Assembly (NCBI GenBank): GCA_041687695.1
Contig: JAWLBL010000004.1
Span: 192,001-256,000, forward strand
Length of the DNA stretch: 64,000 nucleotides
Direction: 5' to 3'
Origin: Myxococcota bacterium
Lineage (GTDB): Bacteria; Myxococcota_A; UBA9042; PHBI01; JAWLBL01
Shown here in pieces: positions 16,893 to 26,699 of the stretch. The position numbers and the translations under genes were made by a program. Position 1 is the first letter of the stretch. Each line of letters starts with the position of its first letter. The notes below the pieces were generated by a model that saw nothing but the letters and a program-made list of their open reading frames with translations, was not told the DNA's origin and did no database searches.

Positions 16893-17894
16893 ATGACGCA
16901 CACCGTTACGCTCATCCCCGGGGACGGCATCGGGCGCGAGGTCGCGGCGGCCACCCGCCGCCTGGTCGCCGCCACCGGCGTGACCATCGAGTGGGAAGAG
17001 GTCTCGGCGGGGCTGCAGGCCTTCAACCGCAGCGGCAACCCGATGCCCGACGACACCGTCGCCAGCATCCGGCGCAACCGCGTCGCGCTGAAGGGGCGCA
17101 TCCTGACGCCGGTGGGCAAGGGCTACGAGAGCCCCAACGTGCGGCTGCGCAAGGAGCTGAACCTGTTCGCGGCCGTGCGCCCCATCAAGTCGCAGCCGGG
17201 CGTGCCGTCGCGTTATCGGGACGTCGATCTGGTCATCATCCGCGAGACCACCGAGGACGTGTACGCGGGCATCGAGCACCGCGTCGTCCCGGGGGTCGTG
17301 CAGAGCCTGAAGATCACGACGGCGACCGCCTGCCGGCGCGTCATCCGCTTCGCCTTCGAGTTCGCCCGGGCCCACGGCCGCAAGCAGCTGACGCTGGTCC
17401 ACAAGGCCAACATCATGAAGCAGTCCGACGGGCTCTTCATCCGCTGCGGCGAGGAGATCGCGCGCGACTTCCCGGACGTGACCTTCAAGACCATCATCGC
17501 CGACAACGCCTGCATGCAGATGGTGCGCTACCCCGAGCAGTTCGACGTGCTGGTCGCGCAGAACCTGTTCGGCGACCTGCTCAGCGATCTGGGCGCCGGC
17601 CTGGTGGGCGGCATCTCGGCGGTCTACGGCCTGCTGCGCGACGACAGCGACATCCACGTCTTCGAGGCCATCCACGGGCTCGCGCACGAGCTCGAGGGCC
17701 AGGGCGTCGCCAACCCGCTGACCTTCATCCGCCCGGCCGTCGAGCTGCTGCGCCACCTGGGCGAAGGCGACGCCGCCAGCGCCATCGACCGGTCCATCGC
17801 GGCCACGCTCGAGGCGGGCATCAAGACCCGCGATCTCGGCGGCGAGGCCTCGACCGAGGGCTTCGTCGACGCGCTCATCGCGCGCCTGGGCTGA
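16893..17894 (+). CDS. Isocitrate/isopropylmalate dehydrogenase family, paralogue 2 (divergent nucleotide-binding loop)
   Basis: IPGDGIGREV, SPNVRLR, HKANIMK and NLFGDLLSD; has HGLAHELEG in place of HGSAPDIAG. Confidence 0.9.
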   Translation: MTHTVTLIPGDGIGREVAAATRRLVAATGVTIEWEEVSAGLQAFNRSGNPMPDDTVASIRRNRVALKGRILTPVGKGYESPNVRLRKELNLFAAVRPIKSQPGVPSRYRDVDLVIIRETTEDVYAGIEHRVVPGVVQSLKITTATACRRVIRFAFEFARAHGRKQLTLVHKANIMKQSDGLFIRCGEEIARDFPDVTFKTIIADNACMQMVRYPEQFDVLVAQNLFGDLLSDLGAGLVGGISAVYGLLRDDSDIHVFEAIHGLAHELEGQGVANPLTFIRPAVELLRHLGEGDAASAIDRSIAATLEAGIKTRDLGGEASTEGFVDALIARLG

Positions 17895-18025
17895 GCGAAG
17901 CGCCGGGGCGGCCGTCCAAGCGGCGGTCGCCCTGTCGCGATGACCTCGAGGCCGGGCAGCAGGCGGCCCGGCGCGGCGCTCCATCGGCCGGAGGGGGCGC
18001 CCGCCTCGGCGGCGGGCGGACGGCG

Positions 18026-18547
18026 TCAGTCGCCCATCTTCTTGGCGCGGCGCAGGGCGTCGAGCGTCTTCTGGTACTCGATCTCGTAGTCGCTCGTGCC
18101 TTCCTGCAGGTTCTTGATGCGCTTCTTCACTTCCTTGTCGAGCGCGGTGTCGACGCCCAGCTCGCGCTTCAAGACCGGCACCATGACGCGGCGGAGGTCG
18201 TGATCCTCGCCGTAGACCTCGTCGACGTTCTTGCTCTGCAGCAGGATCTCGACGATCTGGTGGGTGATCCAGTCGAGGGCCTCGTCGCCGAGCTTGAAGG
18301 CCTTCTCCTGCGCGAGCTGCTGCTTGAGCTTCTGGGTCGCCGAGTAGTCCAGCCCGCGCAGGGCGACCAGATCACGCGCCTTCTCGGAGAGATCGTGGTC
18401 GACGCGCCGGTACTCCTTGAGGACGCTCGCCACGTCGAGCTCGACCTCCTCGCGCAGCTCCGGGTCGACCTCGATGAGCTCGTCGGCGATCAGGGCGCCG
18501 ACGATGTCCTTGGCGATGCTCGGGATTCTCTCGCGGTAGATGCGCAT
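18026..18547 (-). CDS. DUF507-like protein
   Basis: MRIYRERIPSIA... and C-terminal EGTSDYEIEYQK...RRAKK pattern recognised as DUF507-type. Confidence 0.7.
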   Translation of the reverse strand: MRIYRERIPSIAKDIVGALIADELIEVDPELREEVELDVASVLKEYRRVDHDLSEKARDLVALRGLDYSATQKLKQQLAQEKAFKLGDEALDWITHQIVEILLQSKNVDEVYGEDHDLRRVMVPVLKRELGVDTALDKEVKKRIKNLQEGTSDYEIEYQKTLDALRRAKKMGD

Positions 18548-18690
18548 GGGGGGCCCTCCGGGCGTCAGGGGCGCGGCTCATATCACAGGCGCTCGCCTCT
18601 GTCAGCACCCGTGCGCGTGCTAACGACGCGGCGCGCGCCCCGTGATGCTGCGCGTTGCGGCCGGCGCGCGGCGGCGCTACGTTGGCCCTC

Positions 18691-19296
18691 GTGATCCGCC
18701 TCGCACCATCGCTCCTCGCCCTCGTCGCGTCCGCCGCCCTGGCCTCGGGCTGTGACCAGGGCGGCGGCCAGGTTCACGGCGAGCTGCTCGAGGTCTCGAG
18801 CTGCCGCGCGCACGACGAGCGCCGCATCTTCGCGCCCTTCGACCTCGAGCTCGACTTCCTCGGGACCGAGCTGGACGTCGAGACGCTGACCCTGCGCTTC
18901 GCGCCGCGGCTGCGCCTGACGCCTCCGACCGACACGCTGGTCGTCATCGTCGAGAACCTGCGCGACGTGCGCCGGGTCATCCGCGACGAGGGCCTCGTCA
19001 CGCTGCCCATCCGCGCCAGCGTCGTCCACGACCCCACCGAGGTTCGCGTGGGGCTGGCGCTGCTCGAGACGTGCCCGGCCTCGCGCGAATCCCTGGCCGG
19101 CACCAACGGCACGGCGACGTTCAGGTCCATCGGCGCCGACAAGGGCGATCTCGTCGACGGCGAGCTGACCTTCGAGGTGGTGGACATGCGGACGAACACC
19201 ATCGTCGGCCAGGGCTTCCACGCGACCTTCGACTTCGAGGTCGGCCTCGGCACGCCCTACCAGCAGTTCAACGACCCGCAGTCGCAACGCCACTGA
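18691..19296 (+). CDS. Hypothetical lipoprotein
   Basis: Lipobox-like ASGC after a hydrophobic stretch; start uncertain. Confidence 0.6.
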   Translation: MIRLAPSLLALVASAALASGCDQGGGQVHGELLEVSSCRAHDERRIFAPFDLELDFLGTELDVETLTLRFAPRLRLTPPTDTLVVIVENLRDVRRVIRDEGLVTLPIRASVVHDPTEVRVGLALLETCPASRESLAGTNGTATFRSIGADKGDLVDGELTFEVVDMRTNTIVGQGFHATFDFEVGLGTPYQQFNDPQSQRH

Positions 19297-19418
19297 TCGC
19301 CGGCGCGCGCCCAGCGCTGCCGTGAGTCCGTGACGTGCGGGTGTCACGGGCGCGCCCGAACGGCGAATCGGGACTTTGATCACGCCGCCGATCCCGGTAG
19401 ACTCCGCGCTCCTACGGA

Positions 19419-21410
19419 GTGCGCATGACCAACAGAGCGGCGACGAAGACGTGGGCAGGGTGGGCCCGCGTGATGCTGGGGGTGGGGACGCTCGCGTGGT
19501 CCTTCGGGGCTTGCAGTGACCCGCAGAGCGGCAGCCCGGGTCCCGGCCCGGTCGACACCCCCGGCACCTTCGACGGCACCTCGGCCGACGTGGTCGACGC
19601 GACGCCGGACACCACGAAGTCCGACGATACCGACGCCGTCGAGAGCGACGTCGTGTCGTGCAAGCCGTTCGTGGTCGAGTGCGCCGGGCCGCTCAGCCAG
19701 CGCCAGTGCTCGGCGACCGGGGACGCGTGGCTCGAGGCCAAGTGCCCGACCGGCAAGGGCTGCGTGGACGGGCAGTGCGTCGACCAGGTCTGCACGCCGC
19801 TCGCGAGCAGCGGCGAGTGCATCGACGCGGTCAGCCACCAGCGCTGCAACGCCTCGGGCACCGCCGAGGAGGTCGTGACCTGCGGCGACGGCACCAAGTG
19901 CCACAAGGGCATCTGCATCCAGTCGCTGTGCAAGCCGAACACCCGCATCTGCAAGGGCCCGAGCCAGGTCTACGTCTGCGACCCCTCGGGCGACGCGTGG
20001 GTCGACGGCGAGGTCTGCCCCAAGGGCGGCCTGTGCAACCAGGGGCAGTGCCTGAGCCCGTGCGAGGTGAACATCAAGGACGGGTCCTACCTGGGCTGCG
20101 ACTACTGGGCGATGGATCTCGACAACATCGAGGAGTCCAAGGACGCCACCGTCGGCGTCGTGGTCTCGGTCCCGGCCGCGACCAGCGCGTCCAACGTCAA
20201 GATCACCGACAACGCGACGGGCGCCATCGTCGCCAACACCGTCGTGCAGGCCGGGCAGGTGCAGATCTTCTCGCTGCCGGGCGACTCGGGCATCGACGGG
20301 ACGATCCGCACCAACAAGACCTTCCACATCGAGACGACCTCGCCCGTCGCGGTCCACCAGTTCAACCCGCTCAATGGCACGGGCGTGTACACCAACGACG
20401 CCTCGCTGCTGCTGCCGTCGAACGTGACGGGGCAGGACTACCTCGTCATGTCGTGGCCCCACCGCAACGACGGCACGCTGCTGCGTGGCTTCGTGACGGT
20501 CATCGCGACGCAGCCCGGGGCGACCAACATCGGCTTCACGCCGACCGCGCCGGTGGTGGGCGGCGGCGGCATCTCGGCCTTGAACGCGGGCACGCCCTAC
20601 CTCTTCACGCTGCAGCGGGGCGAGGCCATCAACTTCGAGACCGACGGGCCGCACGGCGTCGATCTGACGGGCTCGCACATCAAGGCCGACCAGAAGATCA
20701 GCGTCATCGCCGGCCACGAGTGCGGCAACGTGCCGCTGGGCATCACGGCCTGCGACCACATGGAGCAGCAGCTCTTCCCCGTCGAGACCTGGTCGACCCA
20801 CTACATCGCCGACACGTTCAAGGCGCGCAGCCCCTCGCAGGTCGACATCTTCCGGGTGATGGCGGGCGCCAACGACGTGACGGTCAAGACGGCGCCGCCG
20901 GTGCCGGGCTACGAGGAGTTCCGCCTGCAGCGCGGCGGCTGGATCCAGTTCTCGGCGGCCGAGAGCTTCGAGGTGAAGGCGGACGGGCCGATCCTGGTCG
21001 GGCACTACCTGACGGGGGCCAAGTACCCCGGGGCGATCCCGAACCCGGCCTGCGTCGAGTCCGCGGTCGGAAAGCCCGAGCCCCTGGGCGACCCGGCGTT
21101 CACGCTGGCGGCGCCCGTCAAGCGGTACCTCAAGGAGTACGCCGTGCTCACGCCCAGCGGCTACCTCGAGAACTACCTCAACATCGTCGCGCCGACGGGC
21201 ACGACCGTGACCATCGACAACCTGGCCCTGTCGGTGCCGTGGCAGGCCATCCCGGGCACGGGTTACGCCATCGCGCGCCAGCCGGTGCAGCCGGGGGTCC
21301 ACACGGTGGTCGGCTCCAAGTCGTTCGGCCTGACGGCCTACGGCTACGACTGCAACGTCAGCTACGCCTACCCCGGGGGCCTCAAGCTCCAGGGGTTCGA
21401 GGGGAACTGA
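19419..21410 (+). CDS. Cys-rich lipoprotein with an IgGFc-binding-like domain
   Basis: FGAC lipobox; Cys repeats; SYLGCDYWA, NDASLLLP, CDHMEQQLFP and YGYDCNVSYAYPGG motifs. Confidence 0.8.
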   Translation: MRMTNRAATKTWAGWARVMLGVGTLAWSFGACSDPQSGSPGPGPVDTPGTFDGTSADVVDATPDTTKSDDTDAVESDVVSCKPFVVECAGPLSQRQCSATGDAWLEAKCPTGKGCVDGQCVDQVCTPLASSGECIDAVSHQRCNASGTAEEVVTCGDGTKCHKGICIQSLCKPNTRICKGPSQVYVCDPSGDAWVDGEVCPKGGLCNQGQCLSPCEVNIKDGSYLGCDYWAMDLDNIEESKDATVGVVVSVPAATSASNVKITDNATGAIVANTVVQAGQVQIFSLPGDSGIDGTIRTNKTFHIETTSPVAVHQFNPLNGTGVYTNDASLLLPSNVTGQDYLVMSWPHRNDGTLLRGFVTVIATQPGATNIGFTPTAPVVGGGGISALNAGTPYLFTLQRGEAINFETDGPHGVDLTGSHIKADQKISVIAGHECGNVPLGITACDHMEQQLFPVETWSTHYIADTFKARSPSQVDIFRVMAGANDVTVKTAPPVPGYEEFRLQRGGWIQFSAAESFEVKADGPILVGHYLTGAKYPGAIPNPACVESAVGKPEPLGDPAFTLAAPVKRYLKEYAVLTPSGYLENYLNIVAPTGTTVTIDNLALSVPWQAIPGTGYAIARQPVQPGVHTVVGSKSFGLTAYGYDCNVSYAYPGGLKLQGFEGN

Positions 21411-21414
21411 GGCC

Positions 21415-23223
21415 ATGGAAGTGACCGCGCCCATCTCGCGTCGCCCGATGTCTCCCAGGGCCACGTCCCCGCTGCTGCCGAGCCTGTTCATGGCGGCTTG
21501 CCTGGCCCTCGCCGGCTGCGACAGCCCCAGCGGAGGCGGCGGGCCGGGTTGGTCCGTCGACCCGGACGCGGCCACGTGCCAGCCGTCGTGTCACTTCAAG
21601 CAGTGTGGCGACAACGGCTGCGGGGGCACCTGCGGCTTCTGCATGCCCGGGCTCGAGTGCAAGTCCTTCCAGTGCGTGGCGCCCGGCGAGGAGCCCGACG
21701 TCATCATCCCTCCGGCGGACGCGGGCGGCAGCGACGCCGGCGCACAGCCGGAGCTGCCGGTGAGCGGCAGCGACGGCGACGGCGACGGCGTGCCGGACAG
21801 CATCGACAACTGCCAGTTCATCTACAACCCCACCCAGGCCGACATGGACGGGGACAAGCTGGGCGACGCCTGCGACCCCGACATCGACGGCGACGGCTAC
21901 TTCAACGAGTTCGACTGCGCGCCGACCAACAAGAAGGTCCACCCCGGGGCCAAGGAGCTGTGCGGCAACGGCATCGACGACAACTGCAACGGCGACACCG
22001 ACGAGGAGGACGCCTGGGACTGCACGCCCTACTACATCGACGCCGACAACGACGGGGCCGGCGCGTCGAGCACCCGGCGCTGCCTGTGCGCCCCGGACGT
22101 GCAGCACAAGGTGAAGGTCGCGGGCGACTGCAACGACAACGACCCCAGCCTGTCGCCCCTGCTGCCGGAGAAGTGCGACGACATCGACAACAACTGCAAC
22201 ATGCTGGTCGACGAGGGCTGCGACGACGACGGTGACGGCTTCTGCGACGCCACCATGGTGGTCGTCGGCACCCCGGCGGTCTGCCCCAACGGCGGCGGCG
22301 ACTGCTACGACTACTCGCCCGCCGTCTACCCGGGCGCGCCCGAGATCGAGGCCGACGGCATCGACAACAACTGCGACGGCACCAAGGCGGGCGAGCCGAC
22401 GGGCGGCGGGCCCATCGTGCCGGACTGCACCGGCATGCCCTGCACCGGCACCAGCAGCCAGGCGTTTCTGTGCGCGCTCGAGATCTGCTACCCGGACCTG
22501 CTCATCAGCGCGGCGGCGTCGAGCCCCATCGGGTCGAGCATCAGCTCGGCCTGGACGGCCATGAGTCACTATGGCAGCGCGACGAACGACCTCACCCCGT
22601 TCGCCGGGCCTTCGTACGGTGTCATGGCATCCGGCAATGTCTCGGCGACGGGGGACTCGCACCAGGACCAACTCGGCGGCTCTGGGTTCGACAAGTTCGA
22701 GGCCGGCAGCAGCATCCATGACAGCGTCGAGTTCAAGGTGACGCTGAAGGCGCCGCCGGGGGCCACCGGGTTCTCCATCGACTACATCTTCATGTCGGCC
22801 GAGTACCACGAGTGGGTGGGCAGCTCGTACAACGACAAGTTCTACATGATCCTCAAGGCCCCGCAGACGACCGGGGGCGTCGAGAAGGTCATCAACTTCA
22901 CGGACTGCTCGAACCCCAACAGCTACTGGGACATCATCCAGAACGGCAAGAAGTACTGCTACATCGCCATCAACAGCGCCTTCTCCGAGCCGTGCCCCGT
23001 CGCCCCCACCAACATCAGCGGCACCGGGCACGAGTGCTCGTCGGGCGGCAGCTCGACCGGCTGGCTGCAGACCTCGTGGCCCATCAAGGAGAACGAGGTC
23101 TTCGAGCTGACCTTCCACATCCACGATACGGCCGACATGGCCTACGACTCGACCGTGGTCATCGACAACTTCCGTTGGGAAGGCGGCACGTTCCAGCAGG
23201 GCACGTCGGCCTCGCACAACTGA
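21415..23223 (+). CDS. Lipoprotein with TSP3/acidic Cys (MopE-like) repeats and a C-terminal choice-of-anchor-L-like domain
   Basis: LAGC lipobox; DGDGDGVPDSIDNC...NPTQAD; E.C.GIDNNC repeats; FMSAEYHEWVGSSYNDKF and DSTVVIDNFRW. Confidence 0.78.
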   Translation: MEVTAPISRRPMSPRATSPLLPSLFMAACLALAGCDSPSGGGGPGWSVDPDAATCQPSCHFKQCGDNGCGGTCGFCMPGLECKSFQCVAPGEEPDVIIPPADAGGSDAGAQPELPVSGSDGDGDGVPDSIDNCQFIYNPTQADMDGDKLGDACDPDIDGDGYFNEFDCAPTNKKVHPGAKELCGNGIDDNCNGDTDEEDAWDCTPYYIDADNDGAGASSTRRCLCAPDVQHKVKVAGDCNDNDPSLSPLLPEKCDDIDNNCNMLVDEGCDDDGDGFCDATMVVVGTPAVCPNGGGDCYDYSPAVYPGAPEIEADGIDNNCDGTKAGEPTGGGPIVPDCTGMPCTGTSSQAFLCALEICYPDLLISAAASSPIGSSISSAWTAMSHYGSATNDLTPFAGPSYGVMASGNVSATGDSHQDQLGGSGFDKFEAGSSIHDSVEFKVTLKAPPGATGFSIDYIFMSAEYHEWVGSSYNDKFYMILKAPQTTGGVEKVINFTDCSNPNSYWDIIQNGKKYCYIAINSAFSEPCPVAPTNISGTGHECSSGGSSTGWLQTSWPIKENEVFELTFHIHDTADMAYDSTVVIDNFRWEGGTFQQGTSASHN

Positions 23224-23248
23224 CCTCGGCCGAGCGCTCCAAGCGACG

Positions 23249-23280
23249 AGGCCCGCCGCCGGGGTGACCGGGGCGGGCCT
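23249..23280. terminator. GC-rich hairpin between convergent genes
   Basis: AGGCCCGCC...CCGG ggtga CCGG...GGCGGGCCT; no strong U tract. Confidence 0.45.
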
Positions 23281-23299
23281 CTCGCGTCTTCGGCGCGGG

Positions 23300-23369
23300 C
23301 GTCAGGCGTCGATGGCGGCGGGGTCCGTCAGGCGCCGATGGCGGCGGGGTCCGTCAGGCGCCGATGGCG
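23300..23369. repeat. 26-bp tandem repeat (~2.7 copies) covering a stop codon
   Basis: CGTCAGGCG(T/C)CGATGGCGGCGGGGTC at 23300 and 23326, partial copy at 23352. Confidence 0.85.
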
Positions 23370-24661
23370 AAGAAGGTGCCGCCGGCGTGGCCGACGTAGA
23401 TGCGGCCGTCGACGATGCACGGCGTCGAGTGGATGCGCGCGCCCAGGCTCAGCTCCCAGACGAGCTGGCCCTTGGCCGTGTCGAAGCAGCGCAGCTTGCC
23501 GTCGGTGGCGCCGATGACCACGCGGTCGTCGACGACGCAGGCGCTCGACCAGGTGGTCGCGCCCAGCTTGACCTCCCACTTCGGCTTGCCGGTCAGCGCG
23601 TCGAGGGCGAAGAAGCGGCCGCCGGCGCTGGCGATGTAGACGACGCCGTCGGTGACCGCCGGGGTGGACCAGAAGCCGCCGGGGCCCTTGACCTTCCAGG
23701 TCTGCTTGCCGGTGGCGCGCTCGAAGGCGAAGGCGTAGGGGCTGCCGTCCTGGGCGGCGATGTAGACGTGGTCGCCCCAGATGACCGGCGAGCCGTCGGT
23801 GTCGTCGCCGGTGTTGGCCTTCCAGCGCTCTTCGCCCGTCTTGGCGTCGAGGCAGAACACGTCGCCGAAGTAGGTCGCGCAGTAGTACTCGCCGTCGGCG
23901 ACGGCGGGCGAGGTCTCGCTGCCGTACGAGCCGGTCTTGCGGCCCTTGTGCAGGCCGTCGACGAAGGTCTTCCAGCGCAGCTCGCCCGTCCTGGGGTCGA
24001 GGCAGCGCGCCCAGCCGTTCTCGCCGGCGATGTACAGGCGCCCGTCGACGACGCAGGGCGACGAGTCGAGGTCGCGGCCGGTGTCGAGGCGCCAGACGAC
24101 CTGGCCCGTGGCGGCGTCGATGCAGCGCAGCCAGTCGTCGACGTTGCCGATGTACAGGCGGTTTTCGAACAGGCAGGCGCTGCCCTTGAACTGGCGGCCG
24201 CCCTTGTAGCGCCAGCGCAGCTTGCCGGTCTCGGCCTCGAAGGCGTACAGGTGGCAGCCCTGGCTGCCGATGAAGACGTAGTCGCCCAGCTTGACGGCCT
24301 GGCCGGTCCAGCCGGTGCCCGCCCAGACGTGCGGGGTGCCGTAGTACATCGCCGGGAAGTCGATCATCCGGTGGCGCCACAGGATGCGCGGCGCGTCGGG
24401 GATGGGGCCGGTGCCGTAGAAGGTGTGGGCCGGGTTGCCGCGGAACATCAGCACGGCGTCGAGGGCGGCCGAGGCGTCGCCGTGGGCCCAGGGCGGCAGC
24501 GCGAGCGGGCCGCCGTGGGTCTCCTCGGGGCGGTCGCGGCGGCCGTCTCCGGTGACGGGCTCGTCGCTGCCGCGGGCGAGGGCGGCGGGGGTCAGGGCCA
24601 GGGAGCCCAGGGCGGCGGCGGCCGAGCCCAGGAAGGTGCGGCGGGACAGGGGGGGCGGGAT
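23354..24661 (-). CDS. Tat-exported PQQ-like (BamB-type) beta-propeller repeat protein
   Basis: SRRTFLG twin-arginine motif; repeated DA.TG...W and SSP.V.DG blades. Start is either ATC 24661 after a GAGGAGG SD, or ATG 24739. Confidence 0.85.
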   Translation of the reverse strand: MPPPLSRRTFLGSAAAALGSLALTPAALARGSDEPVTGDGRRDRPEETHGGPLALPPWAHGDASAALDAVLMFRGNPAHTFYGTGPIPDAPRILWRHRMIDFPAMYYGTPHVWAGTGWTGQAVKLGDYVFIGSQGCHLYAFEAETGKLRWRYKGGRQFKGSACLFENRLYIGNVDDWLRCIDAATGQVVWRLDTGRDLDSSPCVVDGRLYIAGENGWARCLDPRTGELRWKTFVDGLHKGRKTGSYGSETSPAVADGEYYCATYFGDVFCLDAKTGEERWKANTGDDTDGSPVIWGDHVYIAAQDGSPYAFAFERATGKQTWKVKGPGGFWSTPAVTDGVVYIASAGGRFFALDALTGKPKWEVKLGATTWSSACVVDDRVVIGATDGKLRCFDTAKGQLVWELSLGARIHSTPCIVDGRIYVGHAGGTFFAIGA

Positions 24662-24874
24662 GGCGTCCTCCTCGGGCGAGCGGGGGAGCCGGTCTGTACC
24701 ACAGGCGGGGCGGTCGGGGCCACGATCGCCCCGGGGCATGACGTCGGTGACGGCCGTGTTGCGATGCGGTCACGGAGCGATCCGGTTCGGGGCTTTACTA
24801 ACCCCTTGCAGCTGGGGTAGGAACGCCCGCACCACACGACTTACGAACCCGAAATAGGACAGGAGGCGAAGGCG

Positions 24875-26650
24875 ATGGCACGCACCGTCATGGAGGTCTT
24901 CGAGCAGACCGTGAAGCATCACGGCCACGAGCCGGCGATGAAGGTCAAGCGCAACGGGGCCTGGCAGACGACGACCTGGAAGCAGTACCACGACGCGGCC
25001 AGCCGCGCCGCGCGAGGGTTCATGCACCTCGGGCTCGAGCCCGGGCAGGGCGTGTCCATCATCGGGTACAACTGCCCCGAGTGGTTCGAGGCCGACATCG
25101 GCGCGATCATGGCGGGCGGCGTGCCGGCGGGCATCTACACGACCAGCAGCGCCGATCAGTGCCAGTACATCACCGACCACTGCGACGCCGCCGTCGCCGT
25201 CGTCGAGAACGCCGAGCACCTCGCCAAGTTCAAGGCCGTGCGGGACCAGCTCCCGAAGCTCAAGGCCATCGTGATGATCGAGGGCGAGGACGCCGATGAG
25301 GGCGTCTACTCGTGGAAGCAGCTGCTCGAGCTGGGCGACAAGGTCTCCGACAAGGACCTCGCCAAGCGCATCGAGGCCCAAAAGCCCGACGACGTCTGCA
25401 CGCTCATCTACACCTCGGGCACCACCGGGCAGCCCAAGGCCGTGATGATCACCCACAACAACATCACCTGGACGGCGCGGGCGGCCCTCGAGGCGGTCGG
25501 CATGGAGCCGGGTGACCGCGTCGCCAGCTACCTGCCGCTGAGCCACATCGCCGAGCAGGTCGTGTCGCTGCACGGCCCGATGGTCATCGGGGCCTGCACC
25601 TGGTTCGCCGAGAGCGTGGACGCCCTGGGCGACAACCTGCGCGAGATCCGGCCGAACGTCTTCCTGGGCGTGCCGCGCGTGTGGGAGAAGATCCAGGCCA
25701 AGGTCATGGCCGCGGGCGCGCAGAACCCGCCGCTCAAGAAGAAGATCAGCGCCTGGGCGCGCAAGCTCGGCCTCGAGGGTGGCTACGCCGAGCAGAACGG
25801 GCGGCCCAAGCCCCTCATGTACCCGCTGGCCAACAAGCTGGTCTTCTCGAAGGTCCGCGAGAAGCTGGGCCTCGACCAGTGCCGCGTGCAGATCACGTCG
25901 GCGGCGCCCATCTCGAAGGACACGCTCGAGTTCTTCCTCAGCCTCGGCATCCCGATCTACGAGGTCTACGGGATGAGCGAGTGCACGGGCCCGGCGACCA
26001 TCTCGCTGCCCAACAAGTACCGCACCGCCAAGGCCGGCTTCGTGCTGCCGGGGGCCGAGCTGAAGATCGCCGAGGACGGCGAGGTCTGCATGCGCGGCAA
26101 CCACGTCTTCAAGGGGTACTTCAAGAACCCCGAGGCGACCGCCGAGACCATCGACGCCGAGGGCTGGCTGCACTCCGGTGACATCGGGACCATCGACTCC
26201 GAGGGGTTCCTGCAGATCACCGACCGCAAAAAAGATCTGCTCATCACCGCCGGCGGCGAGAACATCGCGCCGCAGGTCATCGAGGGCATGCTCAAGGGCA
26301 TCCCGGTGGTGGGGCAGGCCGTGGTCGTGGGCGATCGCCGCAAGTTCCTGGCGGCGCTGCTGACGCTCGACCCCGAGCGCATCGTGCAGGAGTGCAAGGC
26401 GGCGGGCAGCCCGGCGACCGACGTGACGTCGGCGGCCAGCTGCGACATCTTCCGCAAGCACCTGCAGGGCCAGCTCGACGCGGTCAACCAGAGCCTGGCG
26501 CGGGTCCAGACCATCAAGAAGTGGACCATCATCCCGGCCGAGTTCACGATCGAGGGCGGCGAGCTGACCCCGACCATGAAGATCAAGCGCAAGGTGGTCA
26601 ACGAGAAGTACGCCCAGCAGATCGAGGGCATGTACACCGGCGCGGCCTGA
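24875..26650 (+). CDS. Long-chain fatty-acid-CoA ligase (AMP-binding family)
   Basis: IYTSGTTGQPKAV, YGMSE, GWLHSGDIG, ITDRKKDLLITAGGENIAP and ELTPTMKIKR; AGGAGG SD. Confidence 0.93.
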   Translation: MARTVMEVFEQTVKHHGHEPAMKVKRNGAWQTTTWKQYHDAASRAARGFMHLGLEPGQGVSIIGYNCPEWFEADIGAIMAGGVPAGIYTTSSADQCQYITDHCDAAVAVVENAEHLAKFKAVRDQLPKLKAIVMIEGEDADEGVYSWKQLLELGDKVSDKDLAKRIEAQKPDDVCTLIYTSGTTGQPKAVMITHNNITWTARAALEAVGMEPGDRVASYLPLSHIAEQVVSLHGPMVIGACTWFAESVDALGDNLREIRPNVFLGVPRVWEKIQAKVMAAGAQNPPLKKKISAWARKLGLEGGYAEQNGRPKPLMYPLANKLVFSKVREKLGLDQCRVQITSAAPISKDTLEFFLSLGIPIYEVYGMSECTGPATISLPNKYRTAKAGFVLPGAELKIAEDGEVCMRGNHVFKGYFKNPEATAETIDAEGWLHSGDIGTIDSEGFLQITDRKKDLLITAGGENIAPQVIEGMLKGIPVVGQAVVVGDRRKFLAALLTLDPERIVQECKAAGSPATDVTSAASCDIFRKHLQGQLDAVNQSLARVQTIKKWTIIPAEFTIEGGELTPTMKIKRKVVNEKYAQQIEGMYTGAA

Positions 26651-26699
26651 CGGGTCCCGCGCGCGGGGCGGCGGTCGGCGTCGCCTCGCGCCGCGCGGG

